Positions 27,273 to 36,206 of a DNA stretch of 54,828 bases are shown in pieces. The notes below the pieces were generated by a model. The model did no database searches. It worked only from the letters and a program-made list of their open reading frames with translations, and was not told the DNA's origin. Position numbers and translations under genes: made by a program. Origin of the DNA: Candidatus Hodarchaeota archaeon (lineage in GTDB: Archaea > Asgardarchaeota > Lokiarchaeia > Sigyniarchaeales > SOKP01); NCBI GenBank assembly GCA_048887145.1, contig JBHLKA010000003.1:1-54828 (forward strand), given 5' to 3'. Numbering within the stretch: the first letter of the stretch is position 1; the number at the start of each line of letters is the position of its first letter.

Positions 27273-28490
27273 ATGGCAATTGTACCGATATGGGATCCCT
27301 TAGAACGATTCTTTTGGGGAATTGCACTAGCAATAGCATTAATGTGTGCAATATATTTTATATATAAAGCGAGAAAGAGGGAAGTTTTTAATGAAAAAGT
27401 CATTATGTTTGGATTATCAAGTCTTCCCCTTGGTTTCGCACTAAGTTTAACATTTACTTATTTTCAAGTTTTTCAAGTTCAAGGAACGTTTATTAATAAC
27501 ATTTTTTACGGCGATTATGATATTGTTAAATCACCTTATGAAATTCTTGGTAGATTAAGTTATATTTCACTCGGAATTGGGTTATTGTTCTTTATATTAG
27601 CTTTTGATATAATCATAAAGCGCACAAGATATTTTTTAACAATTATTTACGCGATTTTAATAGCAATAGAAATTATTCTTCCCATAGAAGGATCCCTTTT
27701 CAACACTCCCTTTTCAACAATAGCTAGATATATATTTAATTATCCTATAATACTTGGATTATTAATCTTAGTTCCTCTTGTATTATATCTCTACACGAAA
27801 TGGTCCCATCTTGAGTTTAAAGCCGTTTCTTCATTTTTATTATTCGGATTTTTATTATTTGTGATTTCATTAAATTTAGCTAAGAAAGTTCATAAAAATC
27901 TCGATGTTTATCCATTAATATTGGGACCTCTCCTTTTAATTTCAGGTTGTTGCATCACTATACTCCCTACACTTATTAATCCGAAAATCATATCTCGAGC
28001 TTTAACTTACTGGGTCTTATTTGCAATTTTAACAATTCCTTTTCTTGTAGTTATGTTATATATTGATATTATCAATGAATTGGCGCTTCAATTTATTATT
28101 GAATTTCTTGTAGCATTTGTGTATATATACATAATATTCTTCCTTATAATAAACAATATAAAGTCTGAAATTATTTCAGAGAGTCGAGAAGCAGAAAAAA
28201 GACTAGAATCGCAGGTTTTAGGAATATTCACCAGACCTCAAAAAGTCACAGAGGAAGAGGTAATATTTCACAGGGAACGGAAAATTTGTCTAGTTTGTAA
28301 GGGAAAATTGTTAAGATCAATATATCTTTGTCCAGAATGCGATGCACTCTATTGTATTAAATGTTCTGAAGCATTAAGTACCATGGAAAATGTATGCTGG
28401 GCATGCTATACACCAATCGATCCAGCTAAACCCGTAAAACTCAAAGAAAAAGATATTGAAATTTCTAAAGATATAAGAAAAAAATTGTAA
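27273..28490 (+). CDS. Multi-pass membrane protein with C-terminal C4C4 (RING-like/C1-like) zinc finger
   Basis: About 9 hydrophobic helices, then FTRPQKVTEEEV and C-x2-C-x10-C-x2-C-x4-C-x2-C-x10-C-x2-C. Confidence 0.8.
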   Translation: MAIVPIWDPLERFFWGIALAIALMCAIYFIYKARKREVFNEKVIMFGLSSLPLGFALSLTFTYFQVFQVQGTFINNIFYGDYDIVKSPYEILGRLSYISLGIGLLFFILAFDIIIKRTRYFLTIIYAILIAIEIILPIEGSLFNTPFSTIARYIFNYPIILGLLILVPLVLYLYTKWSHLEFKAVSSFLLFGFLLFVISLNLAKKVHKNLDVYPLILGPLLLISGCCITILPTLINPKIISRALTYWVLFAILTIPFLVVMLYIDIINELALQFIIEFLVAFVYIYIIFFLIINNIKSEIISESREAEKRLESQVLGIFTRPQKVTEEEVIFHRERKICLVCKGKLLRSIYLCPECDALYCIKCSEALSTMENVCWACYTPIDPAKPVKLKEKDIEISKDIRKKL

Positions 28491-28530
28491 TCAATTATAA
28501 AAATTGAAAAGGTATATTATTTCGCTCTAG

Positions 28531-29751
28531 TTAGAAAACCCATATAAACAAAGAAATGATAAATAATATAATAAGGATTAAACTAATGCATGGCCATGAA
28601 AACAAAGCATTTTTAACATAATTTATTTTAAAGTCAACAGCTTCATGGGGACATAATTCTACACAACAATAGCATGTTATACATTTTTTTTTAATCCATC
28701 GTGGGATATTCCCTTTTTTTATTTCAAGTGGAGGTCTAATCGCATCTCCAGGGCAATTACTCCAACACGTTGAACATAATTTACATTTTTCACGGCTGAA
28801 TTTAACACTAGCCTTAAAAATAGTTTTACCCACATAATCTGCCAGCCATTTTGGTAATGGCATTGAAATTGGACGTTTCCTGGGACGCTTGAAATCTCTC
28901 CTAATATTTTCAATTTTTTCTCCTAAAAATTCTATATCCTCTAAATTAGTAGTTCCTAATCCTTTTTTTTCGGCTTTGGCCAAATATATAACTTCAGTTG
29001 GGTCAAAACCAATAATTTTACATACAGTTGTATCTAAAGCAACTCCATCGTAACCGGCTAAAATTAAATCTAATTCCACGACATCTCCTTGAGATGGACC
29101 TTTTCCTTCTTGACATAAATATCCGTCTATTATGGTTAATTGAGGATTCGAAACAGAATAAATATCTGCTAATGCAGAACAAAACCGGTCTAGAGTGGGA
29201 AATTGAGCATGAGTTTTTGCCTTATTGCCTAATAGTATAGTACCGAACATATTTTTAATGCAACAGGTAAGGAGACACTGCCAATGCGTCTTAATTTTTG
29301 GAATATTTATGATTAGATCTGCAGTTTTTAACAAATGAGAACTAGTGAATTCTTTTAAATCAAGAGGGGCTGGCACCTCATAACGTTCTCTCTCAGTTTT
29401 TTCAAACGGCATACATTCTACACCTTCCTCTTCGCAAATAGCTTTAATTCCGCTCTCATTCATCGCAGTTTCAGTAATACCAGGTTTTTGTCCTCCTGCA
29501 GAGTCACAGACGTAAATTTTTAATGGATTAAATTGCTTTACCCATTGAATTACTGAACGAACTACCTCTGGATTTGTATTAACAGCTCTTTCGGGTGGTT
29601 TCCCCATTAATAAGTTTGGTTTTAATAGCATAGTCATACCCTCTTTATTCATTAGCATTTGAGCACCAATTAATTCTAGAGCGGAAAAAACAGCAGTTTT
29701 TATATCATTACCTTCTATTTTTTTAATTGCTATCTGAGTTTTATTGCTCAT
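28531..29751 (-). CDS. DUF362-domain protein with two 4Fe-4S motifs and C-terminal TM helix
   Basis: LLKPN, TNPEV, INIPKIKTH, KNMFG, EGKGP; CKLCSTC..CP and CITCYCC..CP. Confidence 0.88.
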   Translation of the reverse strand: MSNKTQIAIKKIEGNDIKTAVFSALELIGAQMLMNKEGMTMLLKPNLLMGKPPERAVNTNPEVVRSVIQWVKQFNPLKIYVCDSAGGQKPGITETAMNESGIKAICEEEGVECMPFEKTERERYEVPAPLDLKEFTSSHLLKTADLIINIPKIKTHWQCLLTCCIKNMFGTILLGNKAKTHAQFPTLDRFCSALADIYSVSNPQLTIIDGYLCQEGKGPSQGDVVELDLILAGYDGVALDTTVCKIIGFDPTEVIYLAKAEKKGLGTTNLEDIEFLGEKIENIRRDFKRPRKRPISMPLPKWLADYVGKTIFKASVKFSREKCKLCSTCWSNCPGDAIRPPLEIKKGNIPRWIKKKCITCYCCVELCPHEAVDFKINYVKNALFSWPCISLILIILFIISLFIWVF

Positions 29752-29832
29752 AATAAGCTCTCAAATTATAGCTTATTAAAAAAATTTGACTTTAAGAAAA
29801 AAAGGTTAAAAATTAGGAAAAAAGAGATGAAT

Positions 29833-29862
29833 GAGAAAATTAAAAGCCGGTTTTATTTTCTC
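29833..29862 (-). terminator. Stem-loop downstream of the ubiquitin-like gene, followed by a T-rich tract
   Basis: On the + strand gagaaaattaaaa-gccgg-ttttattttctc is an inverted repeat with a one-base bulge. On the - strand it is followed by ATTCATCTCTTTTTTCC. Confidence 0.4.
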
Positions 29863-29884
29863 TTAAAACTCCCGTGATGTTTTT

Positions 29885-30139
29885 TTAAACCCCGCCTGCC
29901 TGTGTAGCCATTACAGTTATAACGTCTTTTTTTGGATGAATGCCAATTTTCGCAAATTTTAAATCATCTGGAAGTACCTTGCCTTTAAAAATGAACTGAA
30001 TTGCTAAAATTGGGTTAAGTTTATATTCTCTTTGAACTGTCTTTTTGATGTCAGCTATGGATTGGTTTGGATCCACTTCAATCAACTTTATTGCTTGATC
30101 TGGAGGAACTCCAGTAAGTCTAAATCTATATTGAGTCAT
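29885..30139 (-). CDS. Ubiquitin-like (beta-grasp) protein, precursor ending in GG-V
   Basis: 84 aa; IEVDPNQSIADIKKTV, QFIFKGKVLPDD (cf. ubiquitin LIFAGKQLED), C-terminal TQAGGV. Confidence 0.88.
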   Translation of the reverse strand: MTQYRFRLTGVPPDQAIKLIEVDPNQSIADIKKTVQREYKLNPILAIQFIFKGKVLPDDLKFAKIGIHPKKDVITVMATQAGGV

Positions 30140-30261
30140 TTTTTTTCAAATTATTTTTAATTATTTAATTTAATAATGAGAAAATTTTTACTTAAGGTCT
30201 ATGGTCTTCTTAGTTAGACTGAAGTTTATATTATGTAGATATTTCAATTAGGTAGACATAC

Positions 30262-30462
30262 TTAAAATCTAAAAGGCTCTGGAGGAGGTCCAGGGGGTCC
30301 AGGTGGCTTAATGGGTTGAGGAAAGGGGCTTGGTTGTGGTGATGGTTTATATGGAAAACGACCTATTCTTTTTTCTAATTCTGATATGCGATTCTCTATT
30401 TTATCCAATCTTTTTTCAATTTCAATAATTCTTTCTAATAGATTTGGGTTTTCTACTAACAT
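30262..30462 (-). CDS. Small coiled-coil protein with proline-rich tail
   Basis: LLERIIEIEKRLDKIENRISELEKRI heptads, then PYKPSPQPSPFPQPIKPPGPPGPPPEPFRF. Confidence 0.75.
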   Translation of the reverse strand: MLVENPNLLERIIEIEKRLDKIENRISELEKRIGRFPYKPSPQPSPFPQPIKPPGPPGPPPEPFRF

Positions 30463-30710
30463 TGTTTATTATACTATCTTTAAGTAATTTCTAATTCCGA
30501 ATGAAAGAATAATAACAGCGTATTTATATTTAACCATATTTCGATCTCATATTTCTTTTCTTAGATCAAAGAAAGAATTGAAGTCTTGATTAATTTTATA
30601 TCTACTTTTAAACTATACTCTTTTTCCTATTTTTAACTAAAAAAAATTTTTTAGTATGAGTATAGAAAAAAAGTATAGGTTTATATATTTAAAATAATAT
30701 ATATAAAACA

Positions 30711-31817
30711 ATGGAAAGCTGGAATCTATCGAAAAAGTTAAAAAATGAACTGTTAAAAAAATCTAGCAATATTGAAGATAATAATAGGAGAATTTTATTC
30801 ATTCTTAGAAATTTAGGGCCACAAAGATTTACTAGTTTAATAAAATATTCAAATTTGAGTAGATCCACAGTTTCAAAATATCTGAATATCCATAGTAAGA
30901 AAGGAAATGTTGAACAAAAACTTATAACAGATAAGATAACAAATAAACAATACCAAGGTTACGTAATTACTGACAAAGGCATAGAAAAGCTTGGAGAAGA
31001 ACCTTTGAAACTAAAAGATGAATTATTCATAATTAATGAATTAAAAGAAAATGTTAGAAAGCTTGAAGATTTAATAGATTTTTATAAAAAAATAAACATA
31101 GAAGACCCATTTATTATACATATTGTAAGGATTATTTCTAAAATAGGAGATAATTTTTTTAAATTACAACAAGATAGAGATCTATATTTATCACTATTTT
31201 ATATTTTTTATAACTCTATTCAGGGTCAAGGAGCCTTAGCAAGAAAATATTGGCATTTTGATAAATCTAGTACTCAAAAGTTTGTTGGTTACAAATTAAA
31301 TTTAGATCAATTCTGTAATTTATATAATGTTTCAAGAGAAGCAATCAATTATTTAGCTAGAATTAAATTAATAAAAAGTGATTTCGGATTTTATTTAATT
31401 AAACGGGAGAATAATGATTTCTTTTTTCATGAGGAAGATCTAGTAGGAACAACGACTATTAGACTCATTAAAGATAGACTAATTGATGAGATAATTAATC
31501 TTCAAGAAGGGATCTATGATATGATTTATGACTTGGATATTATAGCTGAAGAAATAACAGAACAATTAAAAGAAATGGGTTTAATATGGGATGCTATTGA
31601 AGAACAATTTCAATTATTGGTTTTAAATCTAATCGTTAAGAATGCTATCGAAATGGGATTTTTAGATATAGAGAGAGAGAAATTATTGGAAGTGATTTCA
31701 CAATCACATAAATTATCCATGTCTGAAGAGGGAAAATTACTTCAACAAAAAATTGTAAGTGGTTCCAAGATTGAGTTGAATTTAAATATTCTTACTTTAT
31801 TACCGGACTCTGTTTAA
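30711..31817 (+). CDS. Winged-helix (ArsR/MarR-like) N-terminal domain protein, putative regulator
   Basis: ILFILRNLGPQRFTSL, LSRSTVSKYL, YVITDKG; large helical C-terminal region not recognised. Confidence 0.75.
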   Translation: MESWNLSKKLKNELLKKSSNIEDNNRRILFILRNLGPQRFTSLIKYSNLSRSTVSKYLNIHSKKGNVEQKLITDKITNKQYQGYVITDKGIEKLGEEPLKLKDELFIINELKENVRKLEDLIDFYKKINIEDPFIIHIVRIISKIGDNFFKLQQDRDLYLSLFYIFYNSIQGQGALARKYWHFDKSSTQKFVGYKLNLDQFCNLYNVSREAINYLARIKLIKSDFGFYLIKRENNDFFFHEEDLVGTTTIRLIKDRLIDEIINLQEGIYDMIYDLDIIAEEITEQLKEMGLIWDAIEEQFQLLVLNLIVKNAIEMGFLDIEREKLLEVISQSHKLSMSEEGKLLQQKIVSGSKIELNLNILTLLPDSV

Positions 31818-32758
31818 GAATATAAGAGCATTTTTTCTATTGGTTGTATAGCTTTTTTAGCAATTTTTGAAGGTACTTTTATTTCGTGAAATTTATCATC
31901 TAAATTTTCTAACAAATATTTAATTAACTCAAGATTATGTTTTTTCATATTATAACAGATTAATTTCTCCTTAGCTAAATAATATGTTTTATCGGGAAAA
32001 TCCTGCGACATTCTTTCAAGTAAGCCTATTTCTGTTCCAATTATAAATTCACGTTCATCAGAAGAACTATTCTTGATTCTATTATACATCTGAGAGGTAG
32101 AGCCTACAAAATCAGCAAATTCTCTCACACCCCTTATACATTCTGGGTGAACAAGAATTATTGCATTTGGATATTGAGTTTTTGTAGCCTTAATATCTTC
32201 AATACTAATTTGAGAATGTACATAACAATGACCTTTTGGGGGCATTTTAATAGTTTTAATCTTTGATAATTGTTCAGCGTAATCAGCTAAGTTTGCATCT
32301 GGTCCAAATAAAACACTATCTACATCAAATTCTTTGCTAATATTCTTAACTATATTGACAGCATTTGCCGATGTACAGCAAATGTCAGATTCAGCTTTGA
32401 CAGCTGCAGTAGAATTGACATATAATACAGTTGGGGTCTCAGGAAAATTCTTTTTAAAATCAATCACTTTTTCTGGTGTAAGAAAAGCAGCCATAGGACA
32501 ACATGATTCAGGATTGGGAATTAAAACATGTTTATCTTGGTTTAATATAGAAGCTGTTTCTGCCATAAAATCTACACCAGCAAATATAATATATTCAGTA
32601 TTAGTTTTTTCTTTGGCAATTCTTGATAATCCGAGGGAATCTCCTAAAAAATCTGCAATTTCTTGAATTTCTATCGGTTGATAATAATGTGCGAGGATTA
32701 TTACATCATTTTGGTTTTTTAGTTTTAATATTTCTTTTTGTAAATGTTTAACATTCAT
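31814..32758 (-). CDS. nadA: Quinolinate synthase
   Basis: ILAHYYQ, GDSL, GVDFMAETA, CPMA, LYVNS, CTSANA, PDANL, HCYVH, VHPEC, GTEIG, CYNMK. Confidence 0.96.
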   Translation of the reverse strand: MNVKHLQKEILKLKNQNDVIILAHYYQPIEIQEIADFLGDSLGLSRIAKEKTNTEYIIFAGVDFMAETASILNQDKHVLIPNPESCCPMAAFLTPEKVIDFKKNFPETPTVLYVNSTAAVKAESDICCTSANAVNIVKNISKEFDVDSVLFGPDANLADYAEQLSKIKTIKMPPKGHCYVHSQISIEDIKATKTQYPNAIILVHPECIRGVREFADFVGSTSQMYNRIKNSSSDEREFIIGTEIGLLERMSQDFPDKTYYLAKEKLICYNMKKHNLELIKYLLENLDDKFHEIKVPSKIAKKAIQPIEKMLLYS

Positions 32759-32788
32759 TTTTTTTCTTAGCAATTTTTATATAAACAA

Positions 32789-34003
32789 TTAAATTATATT
32801 ATATTTCTCAGAAATTTCTAAAAACGCAGAAACAAAATGTTTTACTTGATTCCATGTAAGACCATATGTATTAAATTTCATTTCTTGGGAAATGCCTGGA
32901 GCCATTCCAATAATACCCCTTTCTTTAAATTCATCTCTAACAAAAAACCCTTTACGTGGATGTGATTTAGCAATCTCTGCGAAACATTCTGTTTTTATAT
33001 TTGTCAATGTATGAACTTTTGGTAATTTTCCTAGTATACTGATTCCATTAACATCTTTAATCTGATTAATCACATAATTGGCCTTTTTGGATTCTTCATC
33101 AACATTCTCTTTCTGAGTTCTTTTGACTATACTTGGAAAACTTGCCATTAATGTAATTAAAGGAGCACCATAAACTGGTGGACACCCCAGAACTGTACAA
33201 ATTTTATTTGGAAAAGATTTTGAAGTCAGGTTTCCTCTTATCTCAGAAAGTTTAATTATATCATCATAATAATGACTATTAAATCCTAAGAGTCCTATTG
33301 GACCAGATGCTGCCATTGATTTATGACCACTGCATGCAATAAAATCAATATTATTCTCAGTACAGTTAATAGGTAAAATTCCTGCGGAATATGCCGCATT
33401 TAAAAGAAACGGGATTTCATACTTTTTACAGATTTCCCCTATCGGTTTAGGATTATTATAATTTCCATATTTATAATCAACATGAGTTAAAACAACCAAT
33501 AGGGGTAGTTGTCCTGTTTCCCTTTTAACCTCATTAATTACATTCTCATACTTCTCACTTTCCAAAATGTATTCGGGTTCTCCTGAATTGGGTACTTCCT
33601 TAACTTTTAGATAATTATTTTCAATTGCTAAATAGGTAGTATAATGTGCCAAACTATCTATTACAACAGTTCTTCTCTTAGGATATTTTTTAGCTAATGC
33701 TTCCATTACTAGGCGTTTTGACTCTCTTGCAGCAGCAGTAGGTAAAACATTATTAATACCTAAGAAAGTTGCCATATCTTTTAAAAAATCAACAACTGGA
33801 GGATTTTCGATTTCGTCAATTCTCCCTTTAAGACAGTTATCGCAAATTGAATAACCATCTCCATAACTTATCAATGCTTTATAGGCTTCAGGGGTTAATA
33901 ACCCACCCCTTTGAATTGGATGAATGTTAATAAACTCTTCATTTATCGATCTATAAAGATTAGAGTATTTTTGAGTTAGTCTGACATTGTTTAATTTATC
34001 CAT
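32789..34003 (-). CDS. pscS: O-phosphoseryl-tRNA:Cys-tRNA synthase (SepCysS)
   Basis: INIHPIQRGG, GDGYSICDNC, AHYTTY, THVDYKYGN, LNAAYS, SGHKSMAASGPIG, LGC. Confidence 0.93.
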   Translation of the reverse strand: MDKLNNVRLTQKYSNLYRSINEEFINIHPIQRGGLLTPEAYKALISYGDGYSICDNCLKGRIDEIENPPVVDFLKDMATFLGINNVLPTAAARESKRLVMEALAKKYPKRRTVVIDSLAHYTTYLAIENNYLKVKEVPNSGEPEYILESEKYENVINEVKRETGQLPLLVVLTHVDYKYGNYNNPKPIGEICKKYEIPFLLNAAYSAGILPINCTENNIDFIACSGHKSMAASGPIGLLGFNSHYYDDIIKLSEIRGNLTSKSFPNKICTVLGCPPVYGAPLITLMASFPSIVKRTQKENVDEESKKANYVINQIKDVNGISILGKLPKVHTLTNIKTECFAEIAKSHPRKGFFVRDEFKERGIIGMAPGISQEMKFNTYGLTWNQVKHFVSAFLEISEKYNII

Positions 34004-34145
34004 TTTAATAACTTTTAATTTATCAAGGCTTTCTATTTGAATAAGTTATAATTAATAAATAATCTTTTTTTATTTTCAGAATTCCATAATTATTTTATCT
34101 TTTATATAATTCTAAATCAAAGAAGTAACTTTAAAGTGATATTTT

Positions 34146-34691
34146 ATGCCAATAATTATGCCTAGTCCAAGAACAGGAACGGAACCTCAGATACACGATT
34201 CTGCGTTTATTGCGCCTACTGCCGTTATTATTGGAGACGTGTATATTGATGAAGGTACAAATATATGGTTTGGCGCAATACTTAGAGGAGATTGGGGTAC
34301 TATTAAAATAGGAAAGAACACTAGTATACAAGAAAATGTTACAATCCATAATGAAATTGGGTCCACTGTTGAAATAGGTGATCATTGTATAATAGGGCAC
34401 CATGCGATGATACACGGACCTTGTACAATAGAAAATGGGTGTGTAATCGGCATTGGATCTAATGTTTTACATAGATCTATAGTTAGAGAAGGAGCTCAAA
34501 TCGGCGCTGGAGCTGTTTTAGTTAATAAAGAGATCCCACGACGTATGTTAGCAGTCGGAGTTCCTGCAAAAGTTAAAAAGGAATTGCCTCAGACTGGTAA
34601 GTTTGTAGGAGCAAGAACGTCTGCTGATTATGTCAAAAATGGTGAAATATTTAAAGAATTTTTTACTAAAAATCCACAATATGAAAAATGA
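34146..34691 (+). CDS. Gamma-class carbonic anhydrase family protein
   Basis: AFIAPTAVIIGDV, WFGAILRGD, SIQENVTIH, IGHHAMIHG hexapeptide repeats. Confidence 0.92.
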   Translation: MPIIMPSPRTGTEPQIHDSAFIAPTAVIIGDVYIDEGTNIWFGAILRGDWGTIKIGKNTSIQENVTIHNEIGSTVEIGDHCIIGHHAMIHGPCTIENGCVIGIGSNVLHRSIVREGAQIGAGAVLVNKEIPRRMLAVGVPAKVKKELPQTGKFVGARTSADYVKNGEIFKEFFTKNPQYEK

Positions 34692-34899
34692 TATTTCTTT
34701 TTTATTTTATTCCTTCAAAATAATCAAAAGTTAAAAGCCAATATATCTCAATATTATTTTAATATTAATATATCATCGATGTTAGAGTAAATTAATATTA
34801 AATGAAAATAAACTCTAATATATTTATATATTTAAAACGATTAAGTAATAATTAAAGGAATCTAAATCTCAAAAATTTAAAAAAATTGGTTAGATACTT

Positions 34900-35430
34900 A
34901 TGAATTTTATAAAAACGTTTTTATCATCATTATTGATTTACCTAGGATTAAATCTTGTATTCGCTCTCATCATAGTATATTCTTCCCCTTTAGCATCTGT
35001 ACCAGATGCGCCTATTCTCATAATATCATTTATGTTTGGTCCTATTACTACATCTCCAGCTGTTGCGTGGGTTGATCAAGGAATTATAGCATTAATTCAA
35101 ACAACCGATCCATTATTAGATGTAATGATGTTTCTTTATTATGTAGTTCCTCCAATACTTACTGTAATCATTAGTGGAACTATAGCAGATAGCACTACAA
35201 TTGCGTTTATGTCTTGGTTATTGACTGCTTTAGTTTGCATAGCGGTTTACGCAATTATTATTGGTGTATTCGGGTCTAATCCCACAAGTACTCTATATTT
35301 TCTGGTATATATTTATTTAGTGTACTATTATGGACCGACGGATCTGTATATAGCAATGATTCTATTTGGAATACTTAATTTATTCTTATATGGCTGTGTT
35401 TCATTCCTAGTTACTCGAAAGAAGTTATAA
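34900..35430 (+). CDS. Hypothetical membrane protein
   Basis: Four to five hydrophobic helices and a basic C-terminus RKKL. Confidence 0.7.
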   Translation: MNFIKTFLSSLLIYLGLNLVFALIIVYSSPLASVPDAPILIISFMFGPITTSPAVAWVDQGIIALIQTTDPLLDVMMFLYYVVPPILTVIISGTIADSTTIAFMSWLLTALVCIAVYAIIIGVFGSNPTSTLYFLVYIYLVYYYGPTDLYIAMILFGILNLFLYGCVSFLVTRKKL

Positions 35431-35470
35431 ACAGAAAAAATCTAAAAACTTTATTTTTTTAATTTATCTC

Positions 35471-36205
35471 CTATTTTGAGCATATACAAGTTTCATTTTT
35501 AACTAAATCTATTTTATCAAACATGAGATTAATAAGATTAACCATAAATAACTTATTTTCTAAATTCGGTAAGCCTAATGATGTTTTAATGACCTCTAAG
35601 GCTTCTAAAGTTCCTAAAATTCCAGGGGTCACTCCAATTACTGGTAAAGGTTCTGAATCTTGATTTATAGTTTCCGGCTCATTAAAAACACACTGATAAC
35701 AAGCAGTGCGTTTTGGGTCAATTGTCATTATTTGACCAAAAAAATCTTTTATTCCAGCAATAACACATTTTAAATTATATTCAACAGCAATTTTATTAAC
35801 TAAAAACTTGGTTTTGAAATTATCGCTACAGTCAACAATAAAATCTTGATCTTTTATATACTTCTTAATAGAATTTTCATCTAAATAATCCTTAAATACA
35901 TTTATTTTAACTTCTGAATTTAAATTAGAAAGAACTTCCTTTGCAACCTGAATTTTTTCAATACCGATATGATTTTCATTATATAAAATTTGTCGTTGTA
36001 AATTAGAAATCGAAACAATATCATTATCTATGATAGTGAGTTCTCCAATCCCAGCAGCGACTAGATAGAGAGCAAATGGAGATCCTAAACCTCCTGCCCC
36101 GACTTGGAGTACTTTAATGTTCGATAATTTTTCTTGACCATCTTCTCCGATAAAAGGAGATAAAATTTGTCGTGAATATCTTTCTTTTTGATGTTTAGTT
36201 AACAA
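35471..36205 (-). CDS. HesA/MoeB/ThiF-family (E1-like) adenylyltransferase
   Basis: RYSRQ, GQEKL, VGAGGLGS, DNDIVSISNLQRQ, DCSDN, CYQC. A start at TTG 36205 behind GGTGA is preferred to GTG 36214. Confidence 0.92.
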   Translation of the reverse strand: MLTKHQKERYSRQILSPFIGEDGQEKLSNIKVLQVGAGGLGSPFALYLVAAGIGELTIIDNDIVSISNLQRQILYNENHIGIEKIQVAKEVLSNLNSEVKINVFKDYLDENSIKKYIKDQDFIVDCSDNFKTKFLVNKIAVEYNLKCVIAGIKDFFGQIMTIDPKRTACYQCVFNEPETINQDSEPLPVIGVTPGILGTLEALEVIKTSLGLPNLENKLFMVNLINLMFDKIDLVKNETCICSK

Positions 36206-36206
36206 T

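Noticed and set aside
31814-31817. Convergent 3' overlaps (also 15176-15189) as antisense regulation
   Set aside because: Overlaps of a few nucleotides at stop codons are routine in compact AT-rich genomes.
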